64,000 nt of DNA from positions 165,632 to 229,631 of the forward strand of contig JBGTLG010000006.1 of assembly GCA_041744215.1 (NCBI GenBank). The letters run 5' to 3'. The notes under the pieces were generated by a model. That model did no database searches. It had not been told where the DNA came from and saw only the letters and a program-made list of their open reading frames with translations. Origin of the DNA: Fimbriimonadales bacterium. GTDB lineage: Bacteria > Armatimonadota > Fimbriimonadia > Fimbriimonadales > ATM1. Made by a program: the position numbers and the translations under genes. This document shows positions 9,433 to 19,716 of the stretch, piece after piece; the first letter of the stretch is position 1, and every line of letters begins with the position of its first letter.

Positions 9433-10320
9433 GTGCCCTACCCAGTCGACCTAATCGATCGCGTTGCCAAACGTCACGGACTTCGGGGCACCCCCTCGCC
9501 GATGCGAGAGGGCGGAATGGTCAACGATGCCTGGTCGATAGGCGACGATTTCGTCTTGCGGATTGTCCGAGAAGAGAGTGATAAGGAGTGTGACGATGAG
9601 CCGCAGCGCGAAGCGGCCGTTACGGAACTTGCGCTCAAAGCCGGAATCCGAACTCCAAGATTAATCGCAAGCAACACGGACTGCGATCTCGCGCCGCGTC
9701 CCTACACGATTTATCAGAAGGCCCGAGGTGTTCCACTGGGATTCATCGAGCGGGATCCCGCGGAATTCGACGATGCCTATCGCGAGGTTGGGAGAGAACT
9801 ATACAAGCTGCACCAAATCGCTGTTCCGAACGAGCTGATTCCTCTTTTGCGAAAAGCCGAGCGACCAGACCCGAATGCAAATGTAGAGAAGGCGCTCGCC
9901 GCCAGAAAGTTATCCGTAGACGATGCATCAGAAATGAGTGCCTTCATCCGCGAGTTGGAGGGTTCCTTGGTCGAAGACGCAAACCCGGTGCTGATCCATC
10001 ACGACGTTCATCCGTGGAATCTCATCGTCGATGGTGATGCGCTTTCTGCGATCGTCGACTGGGGGGATGCATCTTTTGGTGATCCGGCGCGCGATTTTGC
10101 GGGGATGCCGATGGTCGCTGTCCCCGCGATGCTACAAGGCTATGCAGAGGCAGGAGGCACGATCGACCTGCACTTCAAGCAGCGATCCGTCCACGTCCGC
10201 ATGGAGGCGATGCTCTGGGAGCTTCGAGAGTTGGAGGCGGCGACTTACGAGCGAGCTTGGTGGGCATTGCCCGTCGGCGACTGGCGAGGCATTCTTGCTA
10301 ATCTGCATCTCGTTCTTTGA
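9433..10320 (+). CDS. Aminoglycoside phosphotransferase (APH/ChoK) family kinase
   Basis: LIHHDVHPWN and IVDWGDASFGDP motifs. Confidence 0.85.
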   Translation: MPYPVDLIDRVAKRHGLRGTPSPMREGGMVNDAWSIGDDFVLRIVREESDKECDDEPQREAAVTELALKAGIRTPRLIASNTDCDLAPRPYTIYQKARGVPLGFIERDPAEFDDAYREVGRELYKLHQIAVPNELIPLLRKAERPDPNANVEKALAARKLSVDDASEMSAFIRELEGSLVEDANPVLIHHDVHPWNLIVDGDALSAIVDWGDASFGDPARDFAGMPMVAVPAMLQGYAEAGGTIDLHFKQRSVHVRMEAMLWELRELEAATYERAWWALPVGDWRGILANLHLVL

Positions 10321-11381
10321 GTCAAACTAACCGCTTTCACATGGATGCACGGTCGCAGTTTCTCGGTTGCCTTCTTGGCGGTGCGGTTGGAGATGCTCTC
10401 GGCGCACCGGTCGAGTTCATGGACTTTGTGCAAATCCGGAGGTCCCACGGAGACGGAGGCATTCGTGATTTTGCGCCCGCATACGGAAAGACTGGCGCAA
10501 TAACCGATGACACGCAAATGACTCTCTTCACTGCAGAAGGAGTCATTCGCGCACTGGTAAAGGGATCGGTAAAGGGCATTTGTGATCCCTATGAGGTGAT
10601 GCGGCGCGCCTATCTTCGTTGGCTCATAACGCAAAAGGAAGTTTCACCTGTGGAGTTTCGAGCGGACGGCTGGCTGATTACCCAGCGTGCACTCTTTCGC
10701 CGACGCGCCCCGGGAAACTCCGTGTTGTCGGCGCTGCGCGACGGCGGATACCATCCAGGCGATCCACCTCAAAATGACAGCAAAGGTTGCGGTGGCGTGA
10801 TGCGAGTCGCGCCCGTCGGTCTCTTGATGGAGAATCCGTTCGACTATGGTTGCAAGTCGGCTGCGATTACGCATGGCCACCCGATGGGCCAGATCCCAGC
10901 AGGCTGCCTCGCGGTGTTGATCCGCGCGATCATAACCGGCGCGGACCTGCCTGATGCGATAACGGAAGCCCGGGAGTCTGCAACTGCGTATCCCGAGCAG
11001 GTCGATCTGATAGACAACGCGATTTCTTTGGCCGAGTCGGACGCGATCTCTTCAAAAGCGATTCATTCGCTGGGCGGGGGTTGGACTGCGCCGGATGCGC
11101 TCGCGATCGCAATCTTTGCCTGCTTGCGCGGAGAATCGCTCGAGGAAGCGGTAGTGATCGCAGTCAATCATGACGGTGATAGTGACTCGACAGGCTCCAT
11201 GGCTGGGCAAATCATGGGAACGCTGCACGGCGTCGACGCGATCCCTACGCGGTGGAAAGAAGGTGTAGAACTGCGAGACGTCGTCGAACAAGTTGCGATC
11301 GACCTGGCGGCATTTCATGAAACGTATCCAACAGAGGAGCAGATCGCAAACGATTGGTGGATTCGGTACCCCGGGAGTTAA
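10317..11381 (+). CDS. ADP-ribosylglycohydrolase (DraG/ARH family)
   Basis: GDALGAPVE, TDDTQMT, GCGGVMR, THGHP, GDSDSTG; start TTG 10317 or ATG 10341. Confidence 0.93.
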   Translation: MSQTNRFHMDARSQFLGCLLGGAVGDALGAPVEFMDFVQIRRSHGDGGIRDFAPAYGKTGAITDDTQMTLFTAEGVIRALVKGSVKGICDPYEVMRRAYLRWLITQKEVSPVEFRADGWLITQRALFRRRAPGNSVLSALRDGGYHPGDPPQNDSKGCGGVMRVAPVGLLMENPFDYGCKSAAITHGHPMGQIPAGCLAVLIRAIITGADLPDAITEARESATAYPEQVDLIDNAISLAESDAISSKAIHSLGGGWTAPDALAIAIFACLRGESLEEAVVIAVNHDGDSDSTGSMAGQIMGTLHGVDAIPTRWKEGVELRDVVEQVAIDLAAFHETYPTEEQIANDWWIRYPGS

Positions 11382-11386
11382 TGTAG

Positions 11387-14101
11387 CTACGGTTTCGCCA
11401 TTCTCCGCAACACCATCTGTAGAATCCCGCCATTGCGGTAGTAGTCGACTTCGACGGGCGTGTCGATTCTGCAGACCGTCTCGAACTGGAAGGAACTTCC
11501 GTCCGGCCTTGTCGCTGAAACCGTAACAGGTTGTCTTGCTTGTATCGAGTCGCTTACCGGTATGTCGAACGACTCGTCGCCACGTATCCCCAGCGACTCT
11601 GCGTTTTGCCCGTCCAGGAACGTCAGTGGCAGCACTCCCATCCCAACGAGATTCGAGCGGTGAATCCGCTCGAAGGACTCCGCGATAACGGCGCGAACGC
11701 CGAGCAGCAACGTACCCTTTGCAGCCCAATCGCGCGACGACCCCATTCCGTAATCCTTTCCTGCGATCACGATGAGCGCAACGCCTGCTTCCCTGTAACA
11801 CATCGCAGCGTCGTAAATCGACTTGACTTCTCCATCGAGAAAGTCCGTTGTCCAACCGCCTTCCGTGTCCGGAGCAAGTTTGTTTCTGATGCGTATGTTT
11901 GCAAACGTCCCCCGCGTCATGACGCGGTCATTGCCTCTGCGCGACCCGTAAGAATTAAAGTGGTGGGGACGAACGCCAATCGACATTAGATAGTGGCCCG
12001 CGGGGCTGTCCTGTTTGATCGCGCCTGCTGGGCTAATGTGATCCGTCGTCACCGAGTCGCCGAGCAGCGCAAGGCACCTGGCAGAGGCGATGCTCTCGCT
12101 CGCTTTCGGCGTAGGCGTCAAGTCTTCGAAGAAGGGCGGCTCCTGAATGTACGTGCTCTCCGGAGGAAATGGATAGATCAACCCGGTTGCGGTCTCGATG
12201 TTCTTCCATTCATCCGATCCTTCAAAAACATTGGAGTATCCATCAATGAATTGGTCGCGGGTTACGCTCGAAAGGATCGTTTTCTGGATCTCGACAGCGC
12301 TCGGCCAAACGTCTCGCAAGTAGACAGGCTTGCCATCGCGCCCGACACCAAGTGGGTCGGTTGTCAAGTCTATGTCCACTGTGCCAGCGATCGCATAGGC
12401 AACGACAAGAGGAGGTGACGCAAGATAGTTCGCTTTGACATCGGGGTTTACGCGGCCCTCAAAGTTTCGATTTCCGCTCAGCACTGCTGCCGCGACCAGG
12501 TCGCCCTCTTGAATCGCTTCAGAGATCGACTCAGGCAGCGGGCCGCTGTTTCCGATGCAGGTCGTGCAACCGTAACCCACTAAGTAGAAGCCGACCGACT
12601 CCAAATCCTCCATCAATCCAGCTTTTAGCAGATAGTCGGTGACTACTTTGCTGCCAGGGGCCAACGAAGTCTTCACCCACGGTTTTCGGGTCAGCCCTTT
12701 TTCACGCGCGTTTCGCGCCAGCAATCCTGCACCAATCATAACCTCAGGATTGCTCGTGTTCGTGCAACTCGTTATCGCCGCTATGACAACGTCTCCATGA
12801 TCGAGCTTAAATCGCATTCCGTCATACTCGACCGCAACGCCCTCTGCGGCAGCATCGACTTCTTCGGGAACCGCAACCGCTGCGCCTCCCTCGCCTTCCC
12901 ATCGACTGTTCGAGTTTCCAGGCACCGCCTTTCCGTAATCCTTTTGCAACCTGCTTCGCCATTCGTGCTTCATCCCGCCAAGGCCCACACGATCTTGAGG
13001 GCGCTTCGGACCGGCCAAGGACGGCTCTACGCTGCTCATGTCGAGGTGCAATGTCTGCGTGTATCGAATGTCGAGAGAATCGTCGCGCCACAGACCTTGC
13101 GCTTTGTAAAACTCTTCGACTTGCTTAATCAGTGATTCGTCGCGGCCAGTCAATCTTAAGTATTCGATGGTGCGCGAATCAACAGGGAAGAATCCACATG
13201 TCGCGCCGTACTCCGGAGCCATGTTCGCAATAGTCGCGCGGTTTGCAACCGGCATCGAGTCCAAGCCATCGCCGAAGAACTCCACAAACTTCCCGACAAC
13301 GCCATGTTCTCGCAACATTTGCGTTACAGTTAGCACCAAGTCAGTCGCGGTCGCGCCATCTGGCAGCTTGCCGGTCAACTTGAACCCGACGACTTCAGGA
13401 AGCAGCATGTAGATTGGTTGACCCAACATACACGCCTCCGCTTCAATCCCACCGACCCCCCAACCCAACACTCCGAGACCATTGATCATCGTCGTGTGGC
13501 TGTCAGTTCCTACAAGAGAATCAGGGAACAGCGTGCCCCCAGATTCCCACACCACTTTCGCCAAGTACTCAAGATTGACCTGGTGAACAATTCCTGTGGC
13601 CGGGGGAACGACGCGAAAATTGTCGAAAGCGCTCTGTCCCCACTTGAGAAATTCGTATCGCTCCTTGTTGCGCTCGAACTCAAATTCTGAATTGATTCGC
13701 AGCGCATCCGCCGAAAGAAACGCATCGACCTGAACCGAGTGATCGATTACCAGGTCACACGGTATGAGGGGATTTACTTTTCTTGGATCGCCACCAAGCA
13801 TTACCATTGCGTTTCGCATCGCAGCCAAATCCACGACGGCAGGAACGCCGGTGAAATCCTGTAAAACTACTCGGGCTGGCATAAAGGGGATCTCGACTTC
13901 GCCAACTCGCTTCGGATCATATCCTTCGATAGCACGTATATGGTCTTCGGTGACCACTCGCCCATCCAAGTTGCGCAAACACGCTTCCAGAAGAACACGG
14001 ATTGAATAGGGAAGAGTCTTGACTGCGTCGCCTAAGGAGTTGAGGTTGTAGTAAGTATTGTCGCCGAGGGTGGATTTCGCGTTAAGAGGCTCTTTGGACA
14101 T
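11387..14101 (-). CDS. acnA: Aconitate hydratase AcnA
   Basis: [56 protein letters not shown]. Confidence 0.97.
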   Translation of the reverse strand: MSKEPLNAKSTLGDNTYYNLNSLGDAVKTLPYSIRVLLEACLRNLDGRVVTEDHIRAIEGYDPKRVGEVEIPFMPARVVLQDFTGVPAVVDLAAMRNAMVMLGGDPRKVNPLIPCDLVIDHSVQVDAFLSADALRINSEFEFERNKERYEFLKWGQSAFDNFRVVPPATGIVHQVNLEYLAKVVWESGGTLFPDSLVGTDSHTTMINGLGVLGWGVGGIEAEACMLGQPIYMLLPEVVGFKLTGKLPDGATATDLVLTVTQMLREHGVVGKFVEFFGDGLDSMPVANRATIANMAPEYGATCGFFPVDSRTIEYLRLTGRDESLIKQVEEFYKAQGLWRDDSLDIRYTQTLHLDMSSVEPSLAGPKRPQDRVGLGGMKHEWRSRLQKDYGKAVPGNSNSRWEGEGGAAVAVPEEVDAAAEGVAVEYDGMRFKLDHGDVVIAAITSCTNTSNPEVMIGAGLLARNAREKGLTRKPWVKTSLAPGSKVVTDYLLKAGLMEDLESVGFYLVGYGCTTCIGNSGPLPESISEAIQEGDLVAAAVLSGNRNFEGRVNPDVKANYLASPPLVVAYAIAGTVDIDLTTDPLGVGRDGKPVYLRDVWPSAVEIQKTILSSVTRDQFIDGYSNVFEGSDEWKNIETATGLIYPFPPESTYIQEPPFFEDLTPTPKASESIASARCLALLGDSVTTDHISPAGAIKQDSPAGHYLMSIGVRPHHFNSYGSRRGNDRVMTRGTFANIRIRNKLAPDTEGGWTTDFLDGEVKSIYDAAMCYREAGVALIVIAGKDYGMGSSRDWAAKGTLLLGVRAVIAESFERIHRSNLVGMGVLPLTFLDGQNAESLGIRGDESFDIPVSDSIQARQPVTVSATRPDGSSFQFETVCRIDTPVEVDYYRNGGILQMVLRRMAKP

Positions 14102-14133
14102 CGCGTCCTACCTTATACCCGTCTTTGCGCAAA

Positions 14134-15126
14134 TCAGCTGGCAAGCTTGACCGCCACGATCGCCGTGCCACACAACGCCATCGCAAGCAGGTACAGCACC
14201 CATACCGCTTGTCGCTGCGATAGTCCCCGACCGAGGAGCGTGTGATGAACGTGCCTCTTGTCGGCCTGAGTGATCGGAACGCGGCCGAGCATTCGGCGAA
14301 TCACCACAATGAATGCATCCAACACTTGCACCCCGAATATAGTGAGCGGAACAAGAAATGCGACAGCCGCAGCTGTTTTCATAACGCCATTGATGCTGAC
14401 CGCAGCGAGGTAAAAACCTAAGAACTGCGCACCACCCGTGCCCATAAATATCTTGGCCGGGTGATAGTTGTAGCGCAAGAATCCCAAGCAGGCGCCGACT
14501 GCCGCCGCCGATAGCACGCCGATCAAAGGTTGCGTGCCGACGGCTAAGATCAACATCGTCGCTGAGCCGATCGCGGCTATCCCGGCTGCCAAACCGTCGA
14601 TGCCATCGATAGTATCCATCGTCTTTGCGATGACAAACACGAACCCAGCGGTGAAAAGAACTGAGTTGAGTTCGGAGAACTGAATCCAGGTGCCGGGCTC
14701 GCCGTGTGAGAACGGCCGCGACATTCCTTCAACTCGTACGTCGCCGAGCGTAGGATGCGCCAGCGCAATCCCACACCCAACAAGGAATACCGCTTGAACA
14801 ACAGCAGGAACATTGAAACGATCGTCAAGCATCCCAAACAGCACGACCGCCAGGCCGATTCCCATGATCCAAACTGACTTGAGCGTGTACGGCCCAATCA
14901 TCGGCGTGCCGGCCACCACATTGGATCGAGGATAAATGATCAGCCAAGCAACAATGACCGCGAGATAGATCGCAAGGCCGCCCCACCGCGGAGTTGGCGT
15001 TGTGTGGATTCTCCGTGCCTCTCCTGGCATGTCTACCGCGCCTAGCTTGTTAGCTATTCTCATCACCAGCGGAGTCGTCGCCAGCGCGACGATCAGGGCG
15101 ATGAGGGCGGCAGCGGCGTACGTCAT
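14134..15126 (-). CDS. WecA/TagO-like polyprenyl-phosphate GlcNAc-1-P transferase (MraY/GT4 family)
   Basis: PRWGG, LDD, DGIDGLA, NYHPAKIFMG, DKRHVHH; multiple TMs. Confidence 0.9.
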   Translation of the reverse strand: MTYAAAALIALIVALATTPLVMRIANKLGAVDMPGEARRIHTTPTPRWGGLAIYLAVIVAWLIIYPRSNVVAGTPMIGPYTLKSVWIMGIGLAVVLFGMLDDRFNVPAVVQAVFLVGCGIALAHPTLGDVRVEGMSRPFSHGEPGTWIQFSELNSVLFTAGFVFVIAKTMDTIDGIDGLAAGIAAIGSATMLILAVGTQPLIGVLSAAAVGACLGFLRYNYHPAKIFMGTGGAQFLGFYLAAVSINGVMKTAAAVAFLVPLTIFGVQVLDAFIVVIRRMLGRVPITQADKRHVHHTLLGRGLSQRQAVWVLYLLAMALCGTAIVAVKLAS

Positions 15127-15575
15127 TTCATCAATTCAACGAGTTCGCACCGGCCATCAGTAATGCGAACGAGTTCGGTGCCGGAGTGCGCAAACAGCTG
15201 CAGCGCGAGGTCGTCGGGATAGTCACCCTCAAAGACGACGCGCCGAATCCCTGCATTGATCAGCATTTTGGCGCAGACGTTGCAGGGCTGGCACATGACG
15301 TAAATCGACGCTCCCTCGCAGGAGACGCCATTCGCGGCAGCCTGAGCGATCGCGTTCTGCTCGGCGTGCGCCGCAAGTTGGCACTTTTGGGTGATGTCGC
15401 AGCCCCACTCCTCACAGTGCGGAACCCCCCGGGGAGCGCCGTTGTATCCCGTGGCCAGAATCCGCTTGTCCTTCTCGATCACTGCGCCGACGCTCCTGCG
15501 GCGACACGTGGCTCGGCTCGAAACCGTATGCGCGATCTTCATGAAGTAATGGTCCCAAGAAGGGCGTTCCGACAT
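15123..15575 (-). CDS. dCMP deaminase (ComEB-like)
   Basis: RPSWDHYF, ATGYNG, HAEQNA, PCNVC; start trimmed to MSERP. Confidence 0.9.
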   Translation of the reverse strand: MSERPSWDHYFMKIAHTVSSRATCRRRSVGAVIEKDKRILATGYNGAPRGVPHCEEWGCDITQKCQLAAHAEQNAIAQAAANGVSCEGASIYVMCQPCNVCAKMLINAGIRRVVFEGDYPDDLALQLFAHSGTELVRITDGRCELVELMK

Positions 15576-15607
15576 GGCGGCCATTATGGGCCCAACTCGC
15601 GGCACCC

Positions 15608-16465
15608 CTATTCGAGCCGAAACTCGGCAACGACGGCCCGGTGATCGGAAGGCCACGGGTCGATGGCGATGTGCGTGATAGGCCCGCTCTCCCCGACAAC
15701 CCAAGCTCCAATCGCCGTCAGGCCCCGGTAGAGCACGAAGTCGATTCGATCCATGACGTCGTCATCATCGAGCTTGCCGACGGGGTGTCCCGGCGACCAG
15801 GTGAATCCGAGAACTTGCAATGGGTCGGGGTGGATTGCCCGAAAGGCGTCCCGAAGCCCGGCATCCTCAGCGAGAGCGGTGACAGGCCAGCGAACCGTGA
15901 GCCCGAAGTTCCTGGCGGACGTCGCCACCGTCCAATCGAGGTGTGAAGGAGTGTTGAAGTCTCCGGTGAAAATGACCGGTCTCCCAGTCGCACGTGACGA
16001 GAGGGAATCGAGCATCGCTTTCATTTGGGAGACGCGGCCAGATCGCTCCTCGACCTCGGTGGCTGCTTTCTCATCGGCAGCCTTCTTGTCGCGAATCTCG
16101 TACGGCCCGTAAGGATACGGGTTCAGATGCGTGTTGAGAAACACGAGCTCGCGACCATTTGGAAGCCGCACGACTGCGCCGCCCCAGCGAGAGCCTTCAA
16201 CATCCCAGTCCTCGACAATCTCAAATCTGGTTACAAGCGACGCTTTCTTGCTCCACTTCCAGCGCAGCCCTTCCGCGATTTTTTCAAGATTCTCGTCCGG
16301 CTCTTGGATTCCTACAATGTCTGCGCCCGATGCCTTGATAACATCGACAACTTGCGCCAGTGGCTGAGCTTGAGTTCCTCCTCGCCAAATGTTAAATGTC
16401 AGCGCGCGGAACGTTACTGGAGTTGTTTCCATACCGAGAATCGCAAGCGCAATTGCCGTGAGCAT
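15608..16465 (-). CDS. Secreted endonuclease/exonuclease/phosphatase family protein
   Basis: TFNI, GIQE, NTHL, GDFN, RIDF, SDH; signal-like N-terminus. Confidence 0.88.
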   Translation of the reverse strand: MLTAIALAILGMETTPVTFRALTFNIWRGGTQAQPLAQVVDVIKASGADIVGIQEPDENLEKIAEGLRWKWSKKASLVTRFEIVEDWDVEGSRWGGAVVRLPNGRELVFLNTHLNPYPYGPYEIRDKKAADEKAATEVEERSGRVSQMKAMLDSLSSRATGRPVIFTGDFNTPSHLDWTVATSARNFGLTVRWPVTALAEDAGLRDAFRAIHPDPLQVLGFTWSPGHPVGKLDDDDVMDRIDFVLYRGLTAIGAWVVGESGPITHIAIDPWPSDHRAVVAEFRLE

Positions 16466-16556
16466 CGCCAAATTTTACCAACCTGAACAAAAACGATAGC
16501 TCGAATCGTTCACAATCGCCCGACGCTATGCGCATGGACGAGGATCGAACAAGCAA

Positions 16557-17699
16557 ATGAGAGTGCTGTATGGCGCACACCTCCATCTCCCTTTTTCGGC
16601 AGACATTCTCCGCTGCCTTGCAGATGAACATACCGTCCACCTTTTCACGACAGAACGCCAGCTGAGCTACTTAGACCTGAAGGACTGGCGATCGATCATT
16701 CCGCAATCGGTAACCGCGTTTATTGAACGGGACCTTCCGGACAACACACAGCTTTCCTCCGGATTCTATGTGCGCGCAATTCGCAGCTTAAGACGGGCGA
16801 TCAGAGAATTCAAGCCAAACGTCTTGCACCTTCAGGAATCGTTCGATGCGCGCCGCGTGCTTTCATGGCAGCTTTGCCTAAGAAACATAAACTGCCCACT
16901 CGTGCTTACAGTCCACGATCCCACTCCGCACCAAGGGGAGATGATTCAGTCCTGGTCAAAGAGGCACAGACTGCAAAGCGCGCTAAGGAGTCGTGCAACG
17001 CGCATCGTTACGACTGCAGAAGCCAACAAGCACAGGCTCTTGTCGCTGCATCAGGGTTTGCAACCGGAGAAGATCGGGGTGGTGCAGCACCACGTGCTCG
17101 AATACTATCGACGATTCGTGCCAGCAGACGCTGTTCAGCGAGACGCAAATCTGCTGTTCTTCGGAAGAATGATCGACTACAAGGGAATTGATGTTCTCGC
17201 GGATGCTTGGCCCATCGTTCGCAAGAGAAACGCGGCAGCAACCTTGACGATCGCCGGATCCGGCCCCTCGCTCGACGCGCACGCCAGTCGATTCGCGAAC
17301 GACGAAAGGGTGAAAATCCTCAATGAGCGCGTTTCCAATGAAGTTGCCGCCCGCTTGCTCAAGGAGTCGACCGCGGTGCTGCTGCCTTACAAAGGCGCGA
17401 CCCAGAGCGGCGTGATCGCAGCCGCAATAGCGTTCGGTCGTGCGTGCGTCGCGTCAGGCGTTGGAGGAATCAGCGAGACCTTCAAGGACGGTGCAACCGC
17501 GCTGCTGATCCCACCAAACGATCCCGAAGCGCTCGCCGAAGCCGCATTGAAGATTTTAGAAGACTTTGCGCTCCGCAGGTCCATTGAAGCAGCGGTCGAG
17601 GAATTGGGATTTGGAGCCCTCAGCCCTGCCACTTTGTCGAGGCAGCTTGTTGACGAATACAAAGTTGCCATGGGCTCATCCCGGCCTCGACCTGAGTAG
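16557..17699 (+). CDS. GT4-family glycosyltransferase
   Basis: LFFGRMIDYKG, LPYKGATQSGV, VASGVGGISE. Confidence 0.9.
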   Translation: MRVLYGAHLHLPFSADILRCLADEHTVHLFTTERQLSYLDLKDWRSIIPQSVTAFIERDLPDNTQLSSGFYVRAIRSLRRAIREFKPNVLHLQESFDARRVLSWQLCLRNINCPLVLTVHDPTPHQGEMIQSWSKRHRLQSALRSRATRIVTTAEANKHRLLSLHQGLQPEKIGVVQHHVLEYYRRFVPADAVQRDANLLFFGRMIDYKGIDVLADAWPIVRKRNAAATLTIAGSGPSLDAHASRFANDERVKILNERVSNEVAARLLKESTAVLLPYKGATQSGVIAAAIAFGRACVASGVGGISETFKDGATALLIPPNDPEALAEAALKILEDFALRRSIEAAVEELGFGALSPATLSRQLVDEYKVAMGSSRPRPE

Positions 17700-17744
17700 T
17701 GCGGAGGCGCGGCAGGTACCCGTAGCGCGTAAAATGGCGACTCG

Positions 17745-17828
17745 GCCCAGGTGGTGGAACGGTAGACACAGGGGACTTAAAATCCCCCGGGGCAACCCAT
17801 GCGGGTTCGATTCCCGCCCTGGGCACCA
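17745..17828 (+). tRNA. tRNA-Leu (anticodon TAA)
   Basis: GCCCAGG/CCTGGGC acceptor stem, GGGGA-CTTAAAA-TCCCC anticodon arm, long variable arm, GTTCGA T-loop, encoded CCA. Confidence 0.97.
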
Positions 17829-17847
17829 CTCTGTAAGACGGACAAAC

Positions 17848-18486
17848 ATGACGCACCGAGAGAATATCTGCCACGTCCTAATGCGACTCTATGATCGTGG
17901 ATTGATAGGACCGGCAGAAGGCAACGTGAGCGTCAAAACAGAATCAGGTGCGATCCTCGCCACGCCAAGGGCGATCGATAAGGCGCGACTCTGCCCAGAA
18001 GACATTGTGGAACTCGCTGCAGACGGCACAAAACCCGCGAACATTGCGAATCGCCACTCTGCGTCATCAGAGATTGGTCTTCACTTGCGGCTCTACGCTG
18101 AACGGGCGCAGTGCGCTGCTGTTGTTCACGCGCACCCGATCGTCGCAACAGCGTTCGCAACGTCGGGTAAGACCATTCCCGATGACGTGTTGCCGGAATC
18201 TCGTTACTATCTCGGTCCGGTCGCTTTTGTTCCCTTCGCAATCCCAGGTACGCCTGGGGTTGGCGACGCGATTGCTCCCTTCGCCAAAGACCATAAGGCG
18301 TTTCTACTCGAAAATCACGGAGCGGTCACGATCGGGGCTACGCTGGATGATGCTTACTTGCGTATGGAAACGCTGGAGCGCGTCGCAAGAATCCTCTTCA
18401 TAGCAGAAGCGTGCGGTGGAGCGAACAAACTTTCAAGCGAGGCAATGATTTGGCTGAGGTCAGTCAGCGGTGGCGAAGAACTCTAA
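17848..18486 (+). CDS. Class II aldolase/adducin family protein
   Basis: EGNVS, SSEIGLH, VVHAHP, LLENHG; true start is the ATG at 17848, after the tRNA. Confidence 0.9.
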   Translation: MTHRENICHVLMRLYDRGLIGPAEGNVSVKTESGAILATPRAIDKARLCPEDIVELAADGTKPANIANRHSASSEIGLHLRLYAERAQCAAVVHAHPIVATAFATSGKTIPDDVLPESRYYLGPVAFVPFAIPGTPGVGDAIAPFAKDHKAFLLENHGAVTIGATLDDAYLRMETLERVARILFIAEACGGANKLSSEAMIWLRSVSGGEEL

Positions 18487-18725
18487 GTCCTCATCGTCAC
18501 GTCGACGACGACATCGCGGATGCCTTGCCTCTGACGCAATATCTTTGACATCGTATCCAACTCTTCGCGCATATCGAAGTGGTGCCCGCGCATAGGTCGG
18601 ACGCTCCCGCGCAGGTAGACGACTCCGTGGACGATTGTGATCGTCATCAGAGAAGTATCGATGGGGCGGCGTGCGAATTCCTTGCGGACAATCCGTGTAG
18701 CCTCGACGTCTTCCGGGCGTGGCAT
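18483..18725 (-). CDS. Small BON-domain-like protein
   Basis: ITIVHGVVYLRGSV...GIRDVVVDV pattern; TATAAT 6 nt upstream of ATG. Confidence 0.7.
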   Translation of the reverse strand: MPRPEDVEATRIVRKEFARRPIDTSLMTITIVHGVVYLRGSVRPMRGHHFDMREELDTMSKILRQRQGIRDVVVDVTMRT

Positions 18726-18732
18726 GACTTCA

Positions 18733-19716
18733 TTATACGGAATCGCTCCGCGCAATGGAGGCTTCCGACTTCGTCAGTGCGCCCAGAACGTCGGTTGCCG
18801 TGATGTCGCCGAGCCCTTTCTCGCCTCGATAGACAACGTGCTCGACCTGTCCGTAAGGGCCGGAGCGCTCAGGTTTCGTCGGCCCCATCATGCAGCCGAC
18901 GGGTTTGCCGAGGGCAACGGCAATATGAGTCGATCCCGTGTCGCCGCCCACGTGAGCGTCGGACAAGCTCAGAACGGCGATGAGTTCTTCGAGCGACGTT
19001 TGACCCGCCAAGCTTGGAGGCGGCGCCGAACAGGTTCCGCGAAACTCGGCATAGGCTCCGACATCACCTGGCCCGCCGATCACGAACGGTGCCCATCCGT
19101 CTTCGCGGGCGAGGTATACAAACTCAGCGAAACGCGCAAGCGGCCACTTTTTCTCAGGTTTCCCTGCGCCGAGATTCATCGCCAGCGGTCTGCCTTCGAG
19201 ACGAAGTTCGGACAGTTTCGATTCCGCAGCTTCCAACGCACTCGTCGATGGAGTCAGCCCGAAATCGACTGGCTTCGCAGGGCAGCCGAGCTTCTCGGCA
19301 ACCGCCAGATACTGTTCCACAACGTGCAATCCGGGTGTCGGTCTGACCGCTGCACTAAAAAGCCACGAGAGTTCTCGCTGCCAGTGATAGCCAAGTTTGC
19401 GTTTCGCTCCACTCATTCCCACGATGCGACCGCTCTTGAAAAGGCCCTGCATATCCAGCGCGACGTCGTACTTCTTCTGCCGCAATCGGTCTTTGATCGA
19501 TCTCAATTCTGCGCGTTGCGGCCTTCTCGATATCTCGATGAGCGAGTCGATCGCTCGGTGGTCACGCAGCAATCCTGCCATTTCCTTTTGAACGACCCAA
19601 TCAAGTTGCCAATCAGGATTCGCACGCTTGATTGCGACAGCAGTTGGCATCGTGTGAACAATATCGCCAATCGCTGACAAACGAACGAGAAGAACTTTCC
19701 GCGGGCCTACCTCCAG
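18733..19716 (-). CDS. GT9 family LPS heptosyltransferase (probable CTG start)
   Basis: KVLLVRLSAIGDIVH, DMQGLFKS, KKWP, GGDTGSTHIA; located in the lpxK operon. Confidence 0.88.
   Translation of the reverse strand: MEVGPRKVLLVRLSAIGDIVHTMPTAVAIKRANPDWQLDWVVQKEMAGLLRDHRAIDSLIEISRRPQRAELRSIKDRLRQKKYDVALDMQGLFKSGRIVGMSGAKRKLGYHWQRELSWLFSAAVRPTPGLHVVEQYLAVAEKLGCPAKPVDFGLTPSTSALEAAESKLSELRLEGRPLAMNLGAGKPEKKWPLARFAEFVYLAREDGWAPFVIGGPGDVGAYAEFRGTCSAPPPSLAGQTSLEELIAVLSLSDAHVGGDTGSTHIAVALGKPVGCMMGPTKPERSGPYGQVEHVVYRGEKGLGDITATDVLGALTKSEASIARSDSV

Noticed and set aside
17566-17847. N-terminal extension of the aldolase ORF
   Set aside because: Runs through the GT4 3' end and tRNA-Leu; the real start is 17848
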